In this document: in pieces, positions 62,001 through 64,000 of the stretch | How positions within the stretch are numbered: position 1 is the stretch's first letter | Layout: each line of letters opens with the position of its first letter | Assembly: GCA_905178155.1 (NCBI GenBank) | Contig: CAJINV010000004.1 | Span: 11,143,655-11,207,654, forward strand | Origin: Amoebophrya sp. A120 | Lineage: Eukaryota > Protista > Dinoflagellata | Direction: 5' to 3' | DNA: 64,000 nt | Position numbers and translations under genes: made by a program | The notes under the pieces: generated by a model | Database searches by the model: none | What the model was told of the DNA's origin: nothing | The model's input: only the letters and a program-made list of their open reading frames with translations

Positions 62001-62201
62001 GGGGGAAAGCCGACCCACTCCCCGCAGGCTGGTGGACTGGGCTCGACGCTGCTCTCGCGCCGCCGAAATGTAGTAGCCTTTTCCCGCCGTGTCCAGGATA
62101 GAGGCACTCCACGGGGCGAGCAGCCACACCGCCGGCCGGGAGAGCATCCTGCACAGCAGTAAAAGCATCTGGTAGGAGAAGGTGGGTCCGCGTCGTTTCA
62201 T
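53010..62201 (-). CDS. Very large (~2,800 aa) single-pass membrane protein with repeated GF-xx-(Y/F)A-xx-A helical modules, 3 exons
   Basis: ORFs 57642-62216, 53923-57141 and 53010-53546 join in frame via introner 57397-57693 and a GT-AG intron (~53567-53948); N-terminal hydrophobic stretch; TM VGAIAGIAAGGAVLLIGLIVGLAI. Confidence 0.75.
57397..57693. mobile_element. Introner (TIR related to 19206-19485)
   Basis: TIR tatcccgtggaaaaacgt / acgtttttgcacaggata; flanks ccgcc/ccgct; excision gives DNDSGNNFND. Confidence 0.85.
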
Positions 62202-64000
62202 TCTGTTGGTCGACAACTACGCAAATAAAGGACAAGCAAGAAATGAAACTGAAACTGATACAAATTGGTTTTACTTTTCAAGGAAAACTGTGTAAATTTT
62301 GCTCTCATGGACTCATCACCCACCGTAGTACACGAGCGGGGGCTCGTGGATGAAGGTAGAAAGCATTAGCACATCAGGTGAAATCAAGAAAAAGTTGTTG
62401 CGTCATTGTCTTGGGATGATGGTGAACGTGATAAAACAAATATGGGAAAATGTTAAAATAGAAAAGGACAAGCGGTGCTACTTTTTTCTAATAATCACCT
62501 CCTACGAAGTGGTGCTTCGTGGAGCATCTAGTCCGGAACTAGAATCATCTTGGGAGAAATGACTCTCGCTCCGAGAACAGACGATGATTGGGGAAGATAT
62601 AACTAGCAACCACCTGTCAGGCACAATCAGATGAAAATATTTTTGAAATAAATACGAACAGAAACTTCAAATCTGAATGAATCCTCGTCACGACGCACTG
62701 CAAGCAAACACCGCTGGACGAGAAGAAATTTTCGTGCACGAGTTTGCTTCTTCTGACACTTTGCACGAAGAGAAAGTTGCTTGATGTACGAGCACGAGTC
62801 CGAAATTCACATAAGCAATAGCTACGCTGGCACACAGAGAGGACGAAAGCAAAACAAGTCCGCCACTCAGTAAATAAATACGACCGATTTTTATATCATC
62901 ACCATCCAAAGTTGAAGTTGTACGAAAACCGATGTTGCAAGACCTTTCCGATCCTCGTCCTTCTAGCCAATGTGCGACGCTGCATCAACGACGTGCTGGA
63001 AGACGAATACTACGAGTTTTGATACCATTCACAAAGAGTAAAAGTACGACCACCGATTGCCTTCACAGAGAGACGGAATTACGCGAATGAGGAACGTGAA
63101 AGCGACAAACCACAATGTCAATGCCCGAATTCGTGCATGTGTGATAGTGAGGTACTAGATGGAGACTCTCATTTGATAAGCAAGACCGCGAACTCACAAC
63201 AAGGCTGAAAAGCGAAAGGGACTCTTGCACAAACAGAACAAGAATTCCTTTTCCTTCCTCACAGCGCCTGTTATTACTTTTAAGTACTTTACGCAGCTTG
63301 AACCTGAACTTTTTCATAAAAACATATAAACAGTAACGGAAACAGTATCATTCGATGTGTTGAGAGCTTGTCTTGGCGGCAGACGGCTCCTCTTTCTCGG
63401 ACAGGACTGCTAGACGCTTCCACGACCACCTGCTACACAGATACTCAATAAACAAGGTGGTGTTGTGGTGCGTGTATCGATTTGTGTCAATATCGCCCCA
63501 CGTAGCAGTCTTCATCAGCTTGAGATGTTCCAAGCTGCGCACTAATGCGATTTAGATTTTAATGGGCACTTCATGTGATCGCGGTGCTCCAGGCTTCGGC
63601 TTGGTGATCACGACCATTGGTGTGAAAGCTGTAGAAGTTTCAGCTTCAAACAACACCACTTCGACTCCCTCGGCGCAGTAGCATATTACACAGGGGGGCT
63701 GTTTGAACCATTTTGACGTAGCAACACAAAGAAATTGAAGTAAGTATGCTCATTTCACCTCGTCGGGTATAGATGTGGAGGATCCGAAGCAGGCGGAGCT
63801 GGATAAGGATTGAGGCTAACCAGGAAAGCTGTACTTATGACTCGCCCTTGCTGCATCATCCACAATGGTCTTGCAAGAGATCGCAATCGCAAAGTCAACG
63901 CGCGGCGCATGTCTTAAAAAGTCGAGCAGGATGTACTACACATCATGTACGAACCTAGTACGAGAGTGGTCAACTACAAGCGGGCTGTTTGTTAAGATAG

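Overview
Eukaryotic genomic DNA with about 16 protein-coding genes, all on the minus strand: TFIIB-like, mRNA cap N7-methyltransferase, BBS5, an EcKinase/APH-like kinase, ASNSD1, an ARMC6-like armadillo protein, a leishmanolysin/GP63 protease, AATF/BFR2, a ~2,800-aa membrane protein and several hypotheticals. The main feature is 20 MITE-like elements (mostly 150-310 bp) inserted inside coding sequence. Most have terminal inverted repeats starting TAT and ending ATA, and 5-bp flanking direct repeats. Removing each element plus one repeat copy restores the reading frame and, where the family is known, conserved motifs, so they behave as introns (introners). Many cannot be excised exactly with GT/GC-AG ends, and the same families occur in both orientations. 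One introner carries a nested 1.5-kb foldback element with a TAA target duplication. One gene has a 1.48-kb insert flanked by a 40-bp exon duplication. This architecture fits an Amoebophrya-like syndinian dinoflagellate (inference), a group where inverted-repeat introners and non-canonical introns are already reported. Exon structures were derived by eye, without transcript data.
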